NCBI GenBank assembly: GCA_038727095.1
Contig: JAVYWK010000001.1
Span: 1 to 64,000, forward strand
DNA from: Thermofilaceae archaeon
GTDB taxonomy: Archaea > Thermoproteota > Thermoprotei > Thermofilales > Thermofilaceae
Reading direction: 5' to 3'
DNA length: 64,000 bases
How positions within the stretch are numbered: position 1 is the stretch's first letter; each line of letters starts with the position of its first letter. Positions 36,713-46,207 of the stretch are shown piece by piece. The position numbers and the translations under genes were made by a program. The notes beneath the pieces were generated by a model. It worked only from the letters and a program-made list of their open reading frames with translations, ran no database searches and was not told the origin of the DNA.

Positions 36713-38197
36713 CTACAAAGGCAGTTTTACCAGCTCCTTGCGCAGCTCGGACAGCGCGCGCTCGAAGCCTCGCTGCTCCCTGGGGCTCGGGACGGCTGGG
36801 GTGCGGATCAGACGGGCGGCGAGCTTGCAGATCCTCAGCAGCGATGCACTAACGTCGGCCGGAGTTCCAAGCTTTACAACCTCCGAGCGGAGAGCCCCCA
36901 GATTAAGCTCTGTGCTGTTCGAGGGGAGTAGGCCAAGTTTGAGCGCAATGCTCGATGATAGGAGCTGTAGAGCCCTTAGAGTGAGCTCCTTCCGCTCACC
37001 CTGGTCCCAGCCGCTCGCTGCCTCGAGGTAGTTCAGCGCCAGCGACTTGTACCGCTCGGCCACTTCGGCGGGAGCTGAGGCAGCCAAGTCCAGCCACGCA
37101 AATGAGACCTTGGGGGCTGTGTACCTAGCGATGCTCCTCAGCTCGTCGAGCCTAAGCACGCGCCCCTCGTAGAGCAGAGGGGCCGACGCCACCAGCTCCC
37201 GGAGCTCCTGCGCCACCCGCTCAGCGTGCAGCTGAACTAGGCGCCGAGGCGGCTTCAAGCCGCGCTCGCTGAGCACTTCGAGGGAAGCTTCCCGTAGGAG
37301 CCTCCAGGAGAGCCTCCTGACGACTCCGTCCTCCTCCACGTAGAGCCTGTCGAGCGCGTAGACGTAGTGGTAGAACCTCTCCGCGGAGCCCGTGGCTGGG
37401 AGAACCTCGTCGAGTAGGCTGCGGGTGAGCAGCGCGAGAACCCTCCTTGACACGTACCTCCTGCCTCTCAGCGCCCTTTCGATGTGCTCCAGAACTGTGG
37501 GGACTGCAGCGTAGGGCACTCCGCAGCCGTGCAGCGACGCGGCCAGCTTATCGAGGTTGAAGGGTTCCAGCGAACCCTCCTCGTCGACGACACCGATCCC
37601 CCCGCTCGTCTGGGTGCGCGGCTGGATCCTGAGCTTCGGTAGAAGGGAGTTCAGTAGTTTCTCACCCTCCCTCGTCAGCCCGCGCAAGTCGCTGCTCAAG
37701 TAGCCTTGCTCCGCTAGGCGCGAGAGCTCCGCGTCGACCTCCGCTGGGTCGAAGCCCAGGTAGGAAGCTGCCAGCAACGTCCTCGCCCTGCTGAAGCCGC
37801 ACAGGTAGTGGATCAAGAGGGGCAACACACCCTTCCCCAGCCCGTTGTGCTCAACGCCCTCGGCGGCGACCCTGATCAGGAAACCGAGGGTGCTTGGGCT
37901 TGGTAGGGCCTCCTCAACGTCAACGAAGCCGCGGGGGCCCAGCATCACCGGCTCGCTCCTCAACCCCAGGCTCCTCCACAGCGCTTCCGACACAACCCTC
38001 TTCGCCTCTGGCAGCGCTTCAGGCTCGCAGTGGAGGTGTATGAGGAGGAGGTTCTCGGGCTGGTCGTACTCCCACCCGTCCAGGATCGCGCCCCGCTGCT
38101 CCAGCAGCTCCTTAACCCTGCTTAGGGTCGGTTCAACCGCTTCGATGCTCTCCGGCTCCGCCGGGAACCTGAAGCCCACCAGGAAACGACCCCTCAT
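36713..38197 (-). CDS. Multidomain hypothetical protein with winged-helix and ATP-cone-like segments
   Basis: ELSRLAEQGYL...LTREG (wHTH); VVDEEGSLEPFNLDKLAASL (ATP-cone-like). Confidence 0.6.
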   Translation of the reverse strand: MRGRFLVGFRFPAEPESIEAVEPTLSRVKELLEQRGAILDGWEYDQPENLLLIHLHCEPEALPEAKRVVSEALWRSLGLRSEPVMLGPRGFVDVEEALPSPSTLGFLIRVAAEGVEHNGLGKGVLPLLIHYLCGFSRARTLLAASYLGFDPAEVDAELSRLAEQGYLSSDLRGLTREGEKLLNSLLPKLRIQPRTQTSGGIGVVDEEGSLEPFNLDKLAASLHGCGVPYAAVPTVLEHIERALRGRRYVSRRVLALLTRSLLDEVLPATGSAERFYHYVYALDRLYVEEDGVVRRLSWRLLREASLEVLSERGLKPPRRLVQLHAERVAQELRELVASAPLLYEGRVLRLDELRSIARYTAPKVSFAWLDLAASAPAEVAERYKSLALNYLEAASGWDQGERKELTLRALQLLSSSIALKLGLLPSNSTELNLGALRSEVVKLGTPADVSASLLRICKLAARLIRTPAVPSPREQRGFERALSELRKELVKLPL

Positions 38198-38207
38198 GGT
38201 TGTCGCC

Positions 38208-39029
38208 TCAGGCGAACATGAGCAGGACTTCCTGGTACTCTCGATCCAGCATCACGGGGGGCTGGAGCAGGAGAAGCCGTCTTTGCCTGAGAACCTCCTC
38301 GAAGAGCTCTGGGTCGAGCGATCGCTTCCTCAGCAGTCTCAGGGGCACGTTCACTCCCACGGGCCTAGCTGGGATGATGTGCCGCGTGGATTTCGGAGGC
38401 ATCAGGTAGCCCTCGCGGGCCGCCTCTAGCACGTCGGTTTTGGAGGGTGATGGCGGAAGGATGAGAAGGGGCTTGTGCGCGTGCAGCGGCCAGCTTGAGC
38501 GGGGCACGTAAGCGGAGGGGCGCTTTGCCAGCTTCTTAAGCATCCGCTCCAGGCTTCGCAGCTTCTCGAAAGCGTCTCTCACCCCCTCGTGCCGAACCAC
38601 GTAAGCCCGTCTACGGTGGATGACGGCGAGGTCGGACTCCCTCACCGATTCCAGGTCCACCCGCTCCACCTCGAAACCCTCCAGCGCCTTCTCCACGTCT
38701 GAGCCCGCCCAGTCGTACACCCGGGCCCACGTGTCCAGCTCCACGAGGGGGCTCATGTAGTCGACTCTGCAGGCCGCGATCAGTGGGAACCCGAGCTCCC
38801 TCATCGCAGCCCACCGGTGGGTGCCGTCCAGGATCAGGTTGCTGCCCGCGTCCACGATCACCGGGTTCCTCTGGTAGCGGCTGCGCGCGAACGCGCTGAC
38901 CAGACCCTTCAGGTGCTCCGGAATCACTTCCTCGTGTGGAAGGAGATCGGGCACGCTGCACACGGTGATTTCCAGCTCGAAGACTCCGGCTCTAAGCGGG
39001 ATCCTCAGCCTCAAGACGCCTCGACACAT
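38208..39029 (-). CDS. ParB/Srx-fold protein, SerK-like (putative free serine kinase)
   Basis: LLPHEEV, PVIVD, ILDGTHRW, PPKSTRH. Confidence 0.7.
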   Translation of the reverse strand: MCRGVLRLRIPLRAGVFELEITVCSVPDLLPHEEVIPEHLKGLVSAFARSRYQRNPVIVDAGSNLILDGTHRWAAMRELGFPLIAACRVDYMSPLVELDTWARVYDWAGSDVEKALEGFEVERVDLESVRESDLAVIHRRRAYVVRHEGVRDAFEKLRSLERMLKKLAKRPSAYVPRSSWPLHAHKPLLILPPSPSKTDVLEAAREGYLMPPKSTRHIIPARPVGVNVPLRLLRKRSLDPELFEEVLRQRRLLLLQPPVMLDREYQEVLLMFA

Positions 39030-39072
39030 GAGGGAGCGGGGGGTTTAACAAGATTCCTGAAGGGCGTCTACC

Positions 39073-39534
39073 GTGACTGGAGGGCCGAAGCTCCTGGTTA
39101 GCACGGAGCGGGGCAAGGAGAAGCGCGTAGCGAGGGATCTCATGGACGCCCTCTACCCCCACGATAGGAGCGTCAAGCTGGAGCTCATCGAGGGGGGCAT
39201 TGTCGTGTACAGCAGCCTTAGCCACGACCACCTTATCGGCCTGCTCCAGCAGTACCCAGTGCGGGGGCTGTTGCGCGTCCGCAGGGTTTTAGCCTCAGCT
39301 GAGGGTAGCCTCGAAGCGGCCGTGGATGAGCTGCTAGCTCAAGCCGCTCGCCTAGGCGTAAAGCTGAGAAGCGTGGAAGCTCGAACGGGCGGGCTTATAG
39401 ACAGGCACATGTTGGAGGAGCTCATAGTGTTACGGGCGGGGCAGCTGAACCTGACCGGTCGAAACGGCGTAAGAGCACGGACCGTACTGGTGCAGAGGGA
39501 TGAAGGGAACTGGCTACTCCTGCTCGCTGTCTAG
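39073..39534 (+). CDS. Hypothetical protein, THUMP-associated N-terminal-like
   Basis: LLVSTERGKEKRVARDLMDAL resembles the NFLD of THUMP proteins. Confidence 0.5.
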   Translation: MTGGPKLLVSTERGKEKRVARDLMDALYPHDRSVKLELIEGGIVVYSSLSHDHLIGLLQQYPVRGLLRVRRVLASAEGSLEAAVDELLAQAARLGVKLRSVEARTGGLIDRHMLEELIVLRAGQLNLTGRNGVRARTVLVQRDEGNWLLLLAV

Positions 39535-39891
39535 TTCGTTCTATTTTTCCAGCATGATACTTAAACTTGAGTACCTAAATTTAGTGAGGTTGCGGGCTCT
39601 CCGCTGTCGCTGGGCCCTCTGATCGCAGGGTTCAGCCTAGGAGGTGCTCTCGCGCGATGCGCTCTGCAGTGGTGGCCGCGCTTGTCGACACTCTCTGGAC
39701 GGGGATGGATGCCTATCCAGCGCGGTTTCGGCGGGGACCCTCAGCGTTCGTGCAACCGCTCTTTGACGCTCCAGGCTCTTAAGGGGTGTTTTGCCTTCCG
39801 ATACTTCACGCGTGTTCCGCACCGGCTGCGGTAAAGTCTTTAAGCGTTGTTTGATTGTCATTCACTAGAGCTGAAAGGTAAGGTAGTGGGA

Positions 39892-41112
39892 ATGTCCTAC
39901 GATGGTCTCTGGGTTGGAAGTAGGATCTTCCGGGATGAGAGTAAGCTGCAGGTAGATTACATCCCGAAGAACCTCCCACACAGGGAGGAGCAGTTGAGGC
40001 AGCTGAGGGAGTACTTCAAGCCCTTTCTGGCGAGCCCGGGCTCGGTGTTCGTGCGAGTCATACTCGTGGGCGATGTGGGCACGGGTAAGACGGCTGTGGC
40101 TAAGAAGTTCGGTGAAAGCGTAGACGGTTTGAAGACCCGCGGGGGCGCGGTGATCAGGTACTCCTACGTCAACTGCCACGCTAACCGCTCGTTCTTCTCT
40201 GTGCTCCAGAAGATCGGGAGGGATCTGGGTTTGAACGTGCCCCGGCGCGGCTACTCCAGGGAGGAGCTGCTGTACATGATCTGGAACCACCTCAAGAACG
40301 CCAACAAGTACCTCGTAGTCACGATCGATGAGGCGGATTACATCACCGGGGGTAGGGAGGACACCTTGTACAACTTGACTCGGTTGAGCGAAGTGGTCGG
40401 CGATACCGTCCACAGGGCTGGGATAATGTTCGTCTTCCGCGACCTCCAGTTCCTGATCCTCGACCCCTCGATACAGAGCACGCTGCAGCATAACCTCATC
40501 CGCTTCTACCCCTACACTTCGCAGCAGCTTATGGACATCCTGTGGCGGAGGATTCTCGAGGAGGGTGCCCTGTACGAGTCGGCGGCCAGCGACGAGGTGC
40601 TCGGGATGATCGCGGAGCTCGTGGGATACGATAAGGGTGGTAGAGGGGACGCGAGGCTGGCAATTGAGCTGCTCTATAGAGCGGGGAAGTACGCTGAGAG
40701 CGAGGGGAGGGGCGTTATCGAGCCGGAGGACGTGAGGAGGGCGTACAGCGACATCATGCCGGTCCCCAGGGAGGTTCTCCGGAACCTAAAGCTGGAGGAG
40801 AAGTTGCTCCTACTTGCTCTCGCTAGGCTGCTGCAGCGCAAGAAGTTCGTAAGCAAGATCCCGATGGGGCTGCTGGAGATGGAGTACCAGGAGGTGTGCG
40901 AGGAGTACGGTGTGCCGCCTCGGAGGCATACGACGGTGTGGGAGTACGTGCAAAATCTGAAGAGGATGGGCATAGTATCAGCGGAGCGCTCAGGCAAGGG
41001 GCAGAGGGGGAGGACGACCCTCGTGGGCTTGTCCGCTATCCCCCTGCAGACCTTGGAGCGGGAGCTCATAACGATGGTGAGGGAGGAGATTAGGCACGGC
41101 GCCTCGGCCTAG
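39892..41112 (+). CDS. cdc6: Orc1/Cdc6 replication initiator
   Basis: LPHREEQ, GDVGTGKT, IDEAD, FYPYT, GDARLA, C-terminal winged helix. Confidence 0.93.
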   Translation: MSYDGLWVGSRIFRDESKLQVDYIPKNLPHREEQLRQLREYFKPFLASPGSVFVRVILVGDVGTGKTAVAKKFGESVDGLKTRGGAVIRYSYVNCHANRSFFSVLQKIGRDLGLNVPRRGYSREELLYMIWNHLKNANKYLVVTIDEADYITGGREDTLYNLTRLSEVVGDTVHRAGIMFVFRDLQFLILDPSIQSTLQHNLIRFYPYTSQQLMDILWRRILEEGALYESAASDEVLGMIAELVGYDKGGRGDARLAIELLYRAGKYAESEGRGVIEPEDVRRAYSDIMPVPREVLRNLKLEEKLLLLALARLLQRKKFVSKIPMGLLEMEYQEVCEEYGVPPRRHTTVWEYVQNLKRMGIVSAERSGKGQRGRTTLVGLSAIPLQTLERELITMVREEIRHGASA

Positions 41113-42379
41113 AGGGGGCAGCCGGTTTAACCGGGCGACGCTCAACTCCGAGGGCCCTGAAGAGGGCGTCGGGGGGCAGTCCGAGGCTTTCAGCTATCCT
41201 AGAGCCCCGCTCCGGATCGCTCTCGCAGATCAGCTTCAGAAGGGGAGCAACTTCGAGCATAACTGTGCGGACAGACGTGTGGCAGGCGCGAGCGATCGCC
41301 CGGAAAACCCTCAGCTTCTCCTCCCTCTCCTCTCTCGTTGATGCGAGCAGCCTCAGCTTCCTGGGGAACTCGTACTTGACGAACTTGAAGGGGGGCTTAT
41401 CCCGCGCCGATGCCACGCCGACCGTCATCAGATCTAGCGCGTAGGGGAGGAGAGCCCAGGCCTGCCTCCTCTTTATCCGGGCCAGCATGACGTCTGCCTT
41501 CGAAAGCGCGTCGTAAGCGTCGGAGATCGCTGTAAGGCTGGGTGAGTACTGATGCGGGATGTTCTCGTTGAGCCAGAGCATCAGCATCTCGTAATCGAGG
41601 GAGGGCATGCTGAGGACGGAGCGGGCTGCTTCAGGGCGCTTAGTGGTCAAGACGGAGCGCACGACCTCAAACATGTTCAGCTGCTTGGCGCGGTAGCCGA
41701 GGATTTCAAGATCCTCCAGCTTCACGCTCCTCCGCCCCTCAGCTATCGACTGGAGGTCGTTGATGGCGGCCCTCAGATCGCCCTCGCTGTTCTCGGCGAT
41801 GGCGTCGAGGACGGCCGGGTCGCACTCGACACTCTCCCTCTTGCAGATCTCGCTAAGGACCTTCATCACGTCCCGCTTGCCGAGCTTCCTGAACTCCACC
41901 ATCTCGCAGTAGTTCCTGAGCTCTCGCAGCTTGGGATCCCAAGGGTCGTTAGCCGTCAGCACCACGGGATGACGCGACCTCTGGATGATCTCAAAGATCG
42001 TTTCAAGCCCGCCTCTATCCGCTCGCGGGTCGATACCGTCCACCTCGTCAAGGAGGATTACCTTACCTCTAGCGCCAGCTAAGGTCCCCTCCATGGCTGC
42101 CTTGAGAACCTTCCTCTGCAGTGCTTCAGAGGTTCTCACGTCGCTGGCGTTCACCTCGATCAATTCTAACCCCAGCTGGTTGGCAGCCGCTTGGACGAGG
42201 CTGGTCTTGCCGCAGCCTGGCGGGCCGTAGAGGAGGATCGCCTTCTTATCGGGAGGGTTTCCCGCCAGCCACCTATTAAGCCAAGCGACGAAAGCCTTCT
42301 TAGCCTCGGGGTTGCCGACGACGTCGTCGATCTTCCTCGGCCTGTACTTCTCAACCCAGAGGCCAACTCTAGCGGACAT
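41090..42379 (-). CDS. rfcL: Replication factor C large subunit
   Basis: WVEKYRP, GPPGCGKTS, NASD, LDEVDG, TANDPW. Confidence 0.95.
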   Translation of the reverse strand: MSARVGLWVEKYRPRKIDDVVGNPEAKKAFVAWLNRWLAGNPPDKKAILLYGPPGCGKTSLVQAAANQLGLELIEVNASDVRTSEALQRKVLKAAMEGTLAGARGKVILLDEVDGIDPRADRGGLETIFEIIQRSRHPVVLTANDPWDPKLRELRNYCEMVEFRKLGKRDVMKVLSEICKRESVECDPAVLDAIAENSEGDLRAAINDLQSIAEGRRSVKLEDLEILGYRAKQLNMFEVVRSVLTTKRPEAARSVLSMPSLDYEMLMLWLNENIPHQYSPSLTAISDAYDALSKADVMLARIKRRQAWALLPYALDLMTVGVASARDKPPFKFVKYEFPRKLRLLASTREEREEKLRVFRAIARACHTSVRTVMLEVAPLLKLICESDPERGSRIAESLGLPPDALFRALGVERRPVKPAAPSRPRRRA

Positions 42380-43364
42380 TATAGGCTCCCTTTCCCACTA
42401 GCGCTAGCTTAGCCAGAAGGGCGTTTAGCTGGATCTCGTCGTCCGCGCCCTCAACGAGCCTGTAGTTGACCTCCCCTATGAGCTCCATTACTTCGAGGCG
42501 CGATTTGTCGTCCAGATCCAAGCCCCCTCTAGCCGATGTCACCTCTCTGTAGATGAGTTTAACAACGTCGACGCCTGAGAGCCCGTAAGAGTATAGCAGA
42601 ATCCTCAGCCTCTCCCGCGCCGCGAGGAAGTCCCCGGAGATCGCCAGCTTGAGCATTTCCCGCACCTCAGTGGGCGTCACCTTCCCAATAGCCTTGTAGA
42701 CCGTATCCGCGTCAACCAGGCTGGCTACGGCTGCCGCCGCTTGTAGGGTATTGATGGCTTTCCTCATGTCGCCAGCGCTCTCCTCCCAGATTGCTTCGAG
42801 GCCCTCTGGCGTCACCTTCACCCCCTCCCTCTCAGCGATGTAGCTGAGCCGGCCGATGAAGTCCTCCTTGGGTATCGGCTGGAACCTGAAGATCGCGCAC
42901 CTCGACTGTATCGGCTCAATGATCTTCGAGGCGTAGTTAGCGATCAGGATGAAACGGGCCGTCCTGGAGAAGAGCTCCATCGTGCGCCTCAACGCCTGCT
43001 GAGCGTCGCCCGTCATGTTGTCCGCCTCGTCGAGGATTATCAGCTTGTAGGGGACCTCGCCGATCGGCATTGTTCTCGCGTAATCCTTGATGCGCGTCCT
43101 GATCACATCTATACCCCTCTCGTCTGAAGCGTTCAGCTCCAGGGTATTATCACGCCAGTACTCTCCGTACAGCTCGTACGCCACGCAGAGCGCGGCAGTC
43201 GTTTTACCCGTGCCAGGGGGTCCAACGAAGAGAAGGTGCGGTATGTTCTTGTCCTTCACGAACTCCTTCAGCCTCGCAACGATCTCCCTCTGATCTACCA
43301 TCTCGTCCAATCTGCGTGGCCTGTACTTCTCCACCCAAAGCTGGAGAGCTTGATCAATGCTCAT
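42369..43364 (-). CDS. rfcS: Replication factor C small subunit
   Basis: WVEKYRP, GPPGTGKT, NASDERG, LDEAD, IQSRC; no intein. Confidence 0.96.
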   Translation of the reverse strand: MSIDQALQLWVEKYRPRRLDEMVDQREIVARLKEFVKDKNIPHLLFVGPPGTGKTTAALCVAYELYGEYWRDNTLELNASDERGIDVIRTRIKDYARTMPIGEVPYKLIILDEADNMTGDAQQALRRTMELFSRTARFILIANYASKIIEPIQSRCAIFRFQPIPKEDFIGRLSYIAEREGVKVTPEGLEAIWEESAGDMRKAINTLQAAAAVASLVDADTVYKAIGKVTPTEVREMLKLAISGDFLAARERLRILLYSYGLSGVDVVKLIYREVTSARGGLDLDDKSRLEVMELIGEVNYRLVEGADDEIQLNALLAKLALVGKGAYNVR

Positions 43365-43464
43365 AGCCTAATCGCACCAAATTACTGGCTGGAGATTATA
43401 TAGGTAGCTTTGAGTCAGACTGACCCTTAGTGAGGAAACTTAAAAATTAGGCCGCTATCTAGGG

Positions 43465-43707
43465 TTGAGACTCTTGAAGAGGCCGGTGCTAGCGTTCGTG
43501 TTGGCGACGATAAGGACGGGCATGGAGTACGACGTAGTGTTCAAAGTTAAGGAGATTAAGGGCGTTAAGGAGGCTTACATCACATACGGTGCTTGGGATG
43601 CCGTGATAATAGTGGAGGTTGATTCGCTTAGCGAGCTCGATAAGGTTGTAACAATGATCCGCGGTATCCCGGGTATCGAGTACACAACGACGTTGGTGGG
43701 AGTTTGA
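43465..43707 (+). CDS. Stand-alone Lrp/AsnC ligand-binding (RAM) domain protein
   Basis: AFVL...ITYGAWDAVIIVE...IRGIPGIEYTTT. Confidence 0.85.
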   Translation: MRLLKRPVLAFVLATIRTGMEYDVVFKVKEIKGVKEAYITYGAWDAVIIVEVDSLSELDKVVTMIRGIPGIEYTTTLVGV

Positions 43708-44462
43708 ACGTACAAAGGCTGAAGGCTCTCGGGCGCTTAGCGCGCGCCTTCGCGAAAGCCCTCGCAAGGGCTGGCAGGAGAACAGCCCAGATGTACCTCG
43801 AGCCTTTCAAGCTTGTTGAGGAAGTGAAGTTTTCGCCGGACGCTTCCGGACCAGCCATACTCCTCTCCATCACTTTCGCGATTCAGACCCTCATCGCCGC
43901 TCAGCTGGTGACCGGCGTCACGATCGTCACGAACGGCACGAGGGAATCGCTGCTCGACATGTTTTACTCGAACATCGCGGGCTACGTCTCGATGAGAGCC
44001 GCCACACTCTTTGTCTTCTGGTTCATACTCTTCGTCATCTACTGGTTCATAATGTACCTCTTTGGCTCAAGGATCGAGGGGTTTACTGTATTCTCCGCGA
44101 CAGGTTACATCCTCTCTTCTCAGCTCCTAGCGTTCTCCGTGTACTTTGCATCTTACGTGATCGCTTCACGAATCGTTCCCGCTGTAGAACTCGTAAGCCA
44201 GCCTGGCGCTTACCCGAGGCTTCTCGCTTTAACGGCCTACCTGTACAGGCTAGATCTCACCTCCTCGCACATCGGCATCCCCCTACGGTACCTTCTCGAT
44301 GCTATGAGCTACTTTGGAACGATATGGAACATGGTTCTCACGCTCCTAACCTTCAAGATAATCGGCGATCTAAGCTGGAAGAAATCGATTGCTGGTACGG
44401 CAGCAGCGATGGCAGTATCCTGGCTTCTCGCCAGCTTATTCAGAGCCGCGGGAATGCTGTAG
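43704..44462 (+). CDS. Yip1-like multi-pass membrane protein
   Basis: About five TM helices. Confidence 0.6.
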   Translation: MNVQRLKALGRLARAFAKALARAGRRTAQMYLEPFKLVEEVKFSPDASGPAILLSITFAIQTLIAAQLVTGVTIVTNGTRESLLDMFYSNIAGYVSMRAATLFVFWFILFVIYWFIMYLFGSRIEGFTVFSATGYILSSQLLAFSVYFASYVIASRIVPAVELVSQPGAYPRLLALTAYLYRLDLTSSHIGIPLRYLLDAMSYFGTIWNMVLTLLTFKIIGDLSWKKSIAGTAAAMAVSWLLASLFRAAGML

Positions 44463-44539
44463 GATTCACGTAGCACAATTCAAAGAGCGCGGGCTCGGAG
44501 TGAGGGATCGAGAGCTCCAGGCTTAATAGATCAAGGTTG

Positions 44540-45814
44540 CTAGCCGAGTATTCTACCGTACCCTATGAGCCTCCACCGCCCCTCGATCTGGCGGCTTATG
44601 GCAACTGTTGCTCTGGGGAGCGCTGAGACAGGTGATCTCAACGAGAGAGATGCTGTACCACCTTTGGCTGCGGTTACGATGCCGACTGTGACCGCCGTCC
44701 CCACGTTGAGCATGAGGGGTTCACCCCTCCTAAGCTGCTCTACGCGGATCTCTCTCTCGAAACCTACGATGCGTTCCATGAGCTGGTACTCAACCTCCAG
44801 CTGGTTGTACACGGGTGGGGTTTCTCCCGGGCGCCCTACCACGCATCCCATGAGATTATCCCCTTTCGTCATGCTGGGATCTAGCTTCGTCCCTACGCCT
44901 ATCAACCCTCCAGGGTAGGCTACGTCCAATTCCTCCTCACCAGACCTTAAGCTGGTTATCTCGGTGATAACCGGCTCGTACCTCACCTCTCCCCTACGCA
45001 CCTGTACCTTGACGCCGGGCTTGATCTCGATCTCGTCGCCCACTTCGAACTTGCCCTGGATTACCATCCCACCGATCACACCCCCTCTGATCTCCTCCAC
45101 GGATGTCCCAGGCTTGTTCACGTCGAAACTCCTTGCAACGAGCATGAGCGGTGGCCTACTCAGGTCCCTAGAGGGGGTGGGGATGTACTTCTCGATAGCC
45201 CAGATCAGAGCGTCGATGTTGACCCGGTGCAGCGCCGAGACGGGGATGATCGGTGCCTTCTCAGCCCACGTACCGGTGAGAAACTCCCTGATCTCCTCGT
45301 AGTTCTCCTTGGCTCTCTCCTTCGGCACGATGTCTATCTTGTTCTGCACCACGATCAGGTTCCGAACGCCCGCCATCGTTAGAGCCATGAAGTGCTCCTT
45401 CGTCTGTGGCCTGGGACAGGGTTGCGACGAATCGGTTACTAGTAGAACCCCATCCATCAGCGCTGTACCGGCCAGCATAATGGCCATGAGCATCTCGTGG
45501 CCCGGGACATCGACAAAGGAGATCTTCCTGACCGGGACCAGCTCGCTCCCGCAGTACTTACACTTGCCATTCTGTGGGGCTGTCACAGAGGTGTAGTACG
45601 CCTGCGGCGGTGGGCAGGAGGGGCACTTCAGGATGGTGGTGTCAGCGTAGCCTAGCTTTATCGTTATACCCCTCTTCAACTCCTCCGAGTACCTGGAGGT
45701 CCAAACTCCCGTTAAGGCTTCGACTAGCGTCGTCTTACCGTGATCCACATGGCCGGCAGTCCCTATGTTAACCAGAGGTTGACGAAGCTCCACTCCCCTC
45801 TCCAACTTCATCAC
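44540..45814 (-). CDS. eif2g: Translation initiation factor aIF2 gamma subunit
   Basis: GHVDHGKTT, RGITIKLGY, Zn knuckle, DVPGHE, NKID, WRLIGYG. Confidence 0.96.
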   Translation of the reverse strand: MMKLERGVELRQPLVNIGTAGHVDHGKTTLVEALTGVWTSRYSEELKRGITIKLGYADTTILKCPSCPPPQAYYTSVTAPQNGKCKYCGSELVPVRKISFVDVPGHEMLMAIMLAGTALMDGVLLVTDSSQPCPRPQTKEHFMALTMAGVRNLIVVQNKIDIVPKERAKENYEEIREFLTGTWAEKAPIIPVSALHRVNIDALIWAIEKYIPTPSRDLSRPPLMLVARSFDVNKPGTSVEEIRGGVIGGMVIQGKFEVGDEIEIKPGVKVQVRRGEVRYEPVITEITSLRSGEEELDVAYPGGLIGVGTKLDPSMTKGDNLMGCVVGRPGETPPVYNQLEVEYQLMERIVGFEREIRVEQLRRGEPLMLNVGTAVTVGIVTAAKGGTASLSLRSPVSALPRATVAISRQIEGRWRLIGYGRILG

Positions 45815-46160
45815 CGCCTTCGACGATTATCGTGTTTATCTGGACTATATCCTCTGTGATCATGTTACCGCGAACGAATTTACGCCTTCTCTCGCCCTTA
45901 TCCTTCGGGTGGTAGCCTGGCGGCCGTGAAAGCAGAAGGTAGCGCTTCACTCCACCCGGTAGGAAGGGCAGCATCGGTTCTCCGGCTTTCCCCGAACCGC
46001 CGGTGATCTTTAGCTTCAAACCGGGTTTTCCCACTATACTACCGTCGAAAACGTCGCCGATGCGAAGGCCTATCAGCCTGGCCGCGTTCTGCCCCGTAAC
46101 CTCTACCTGCTCCGAGCGCCCAGTTTTCGGATTCGCTATAACGACCTTGAACGAGACCAT
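45768..46160 (-). CDS. rps6e: 30S ribosomal protein S6e
   Basis: LIGLRIGD, LKITGGS, GERRRKFVRG, IVQIN. Confidence 0.95.
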   Translation of the reverse strand: MVSFKVVIANPKTGRSEQVEVTGQNAARLIGLRIGDVFDGSIVGKPGLKLKITGGSGKAGEPMLPFLPGGVKRYLLLSRPPGYHPKDKGERRRKFVRGNMITEDIVQINTIIVEGGDEVGEGSGASSTSG

Positions 46161-46207
46161 CGGCAGACTGCCCCTTTAATGGTATTTGAAATTTTGCTGG
46201 CGATTGG

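Noticed and set aside
38208-39029. Chromosome partitioning ParB next to cdc6
   Set aside because: No HTH or ParA partner; PHE and PPKSTRH motifs fit SerK-like enzymes better
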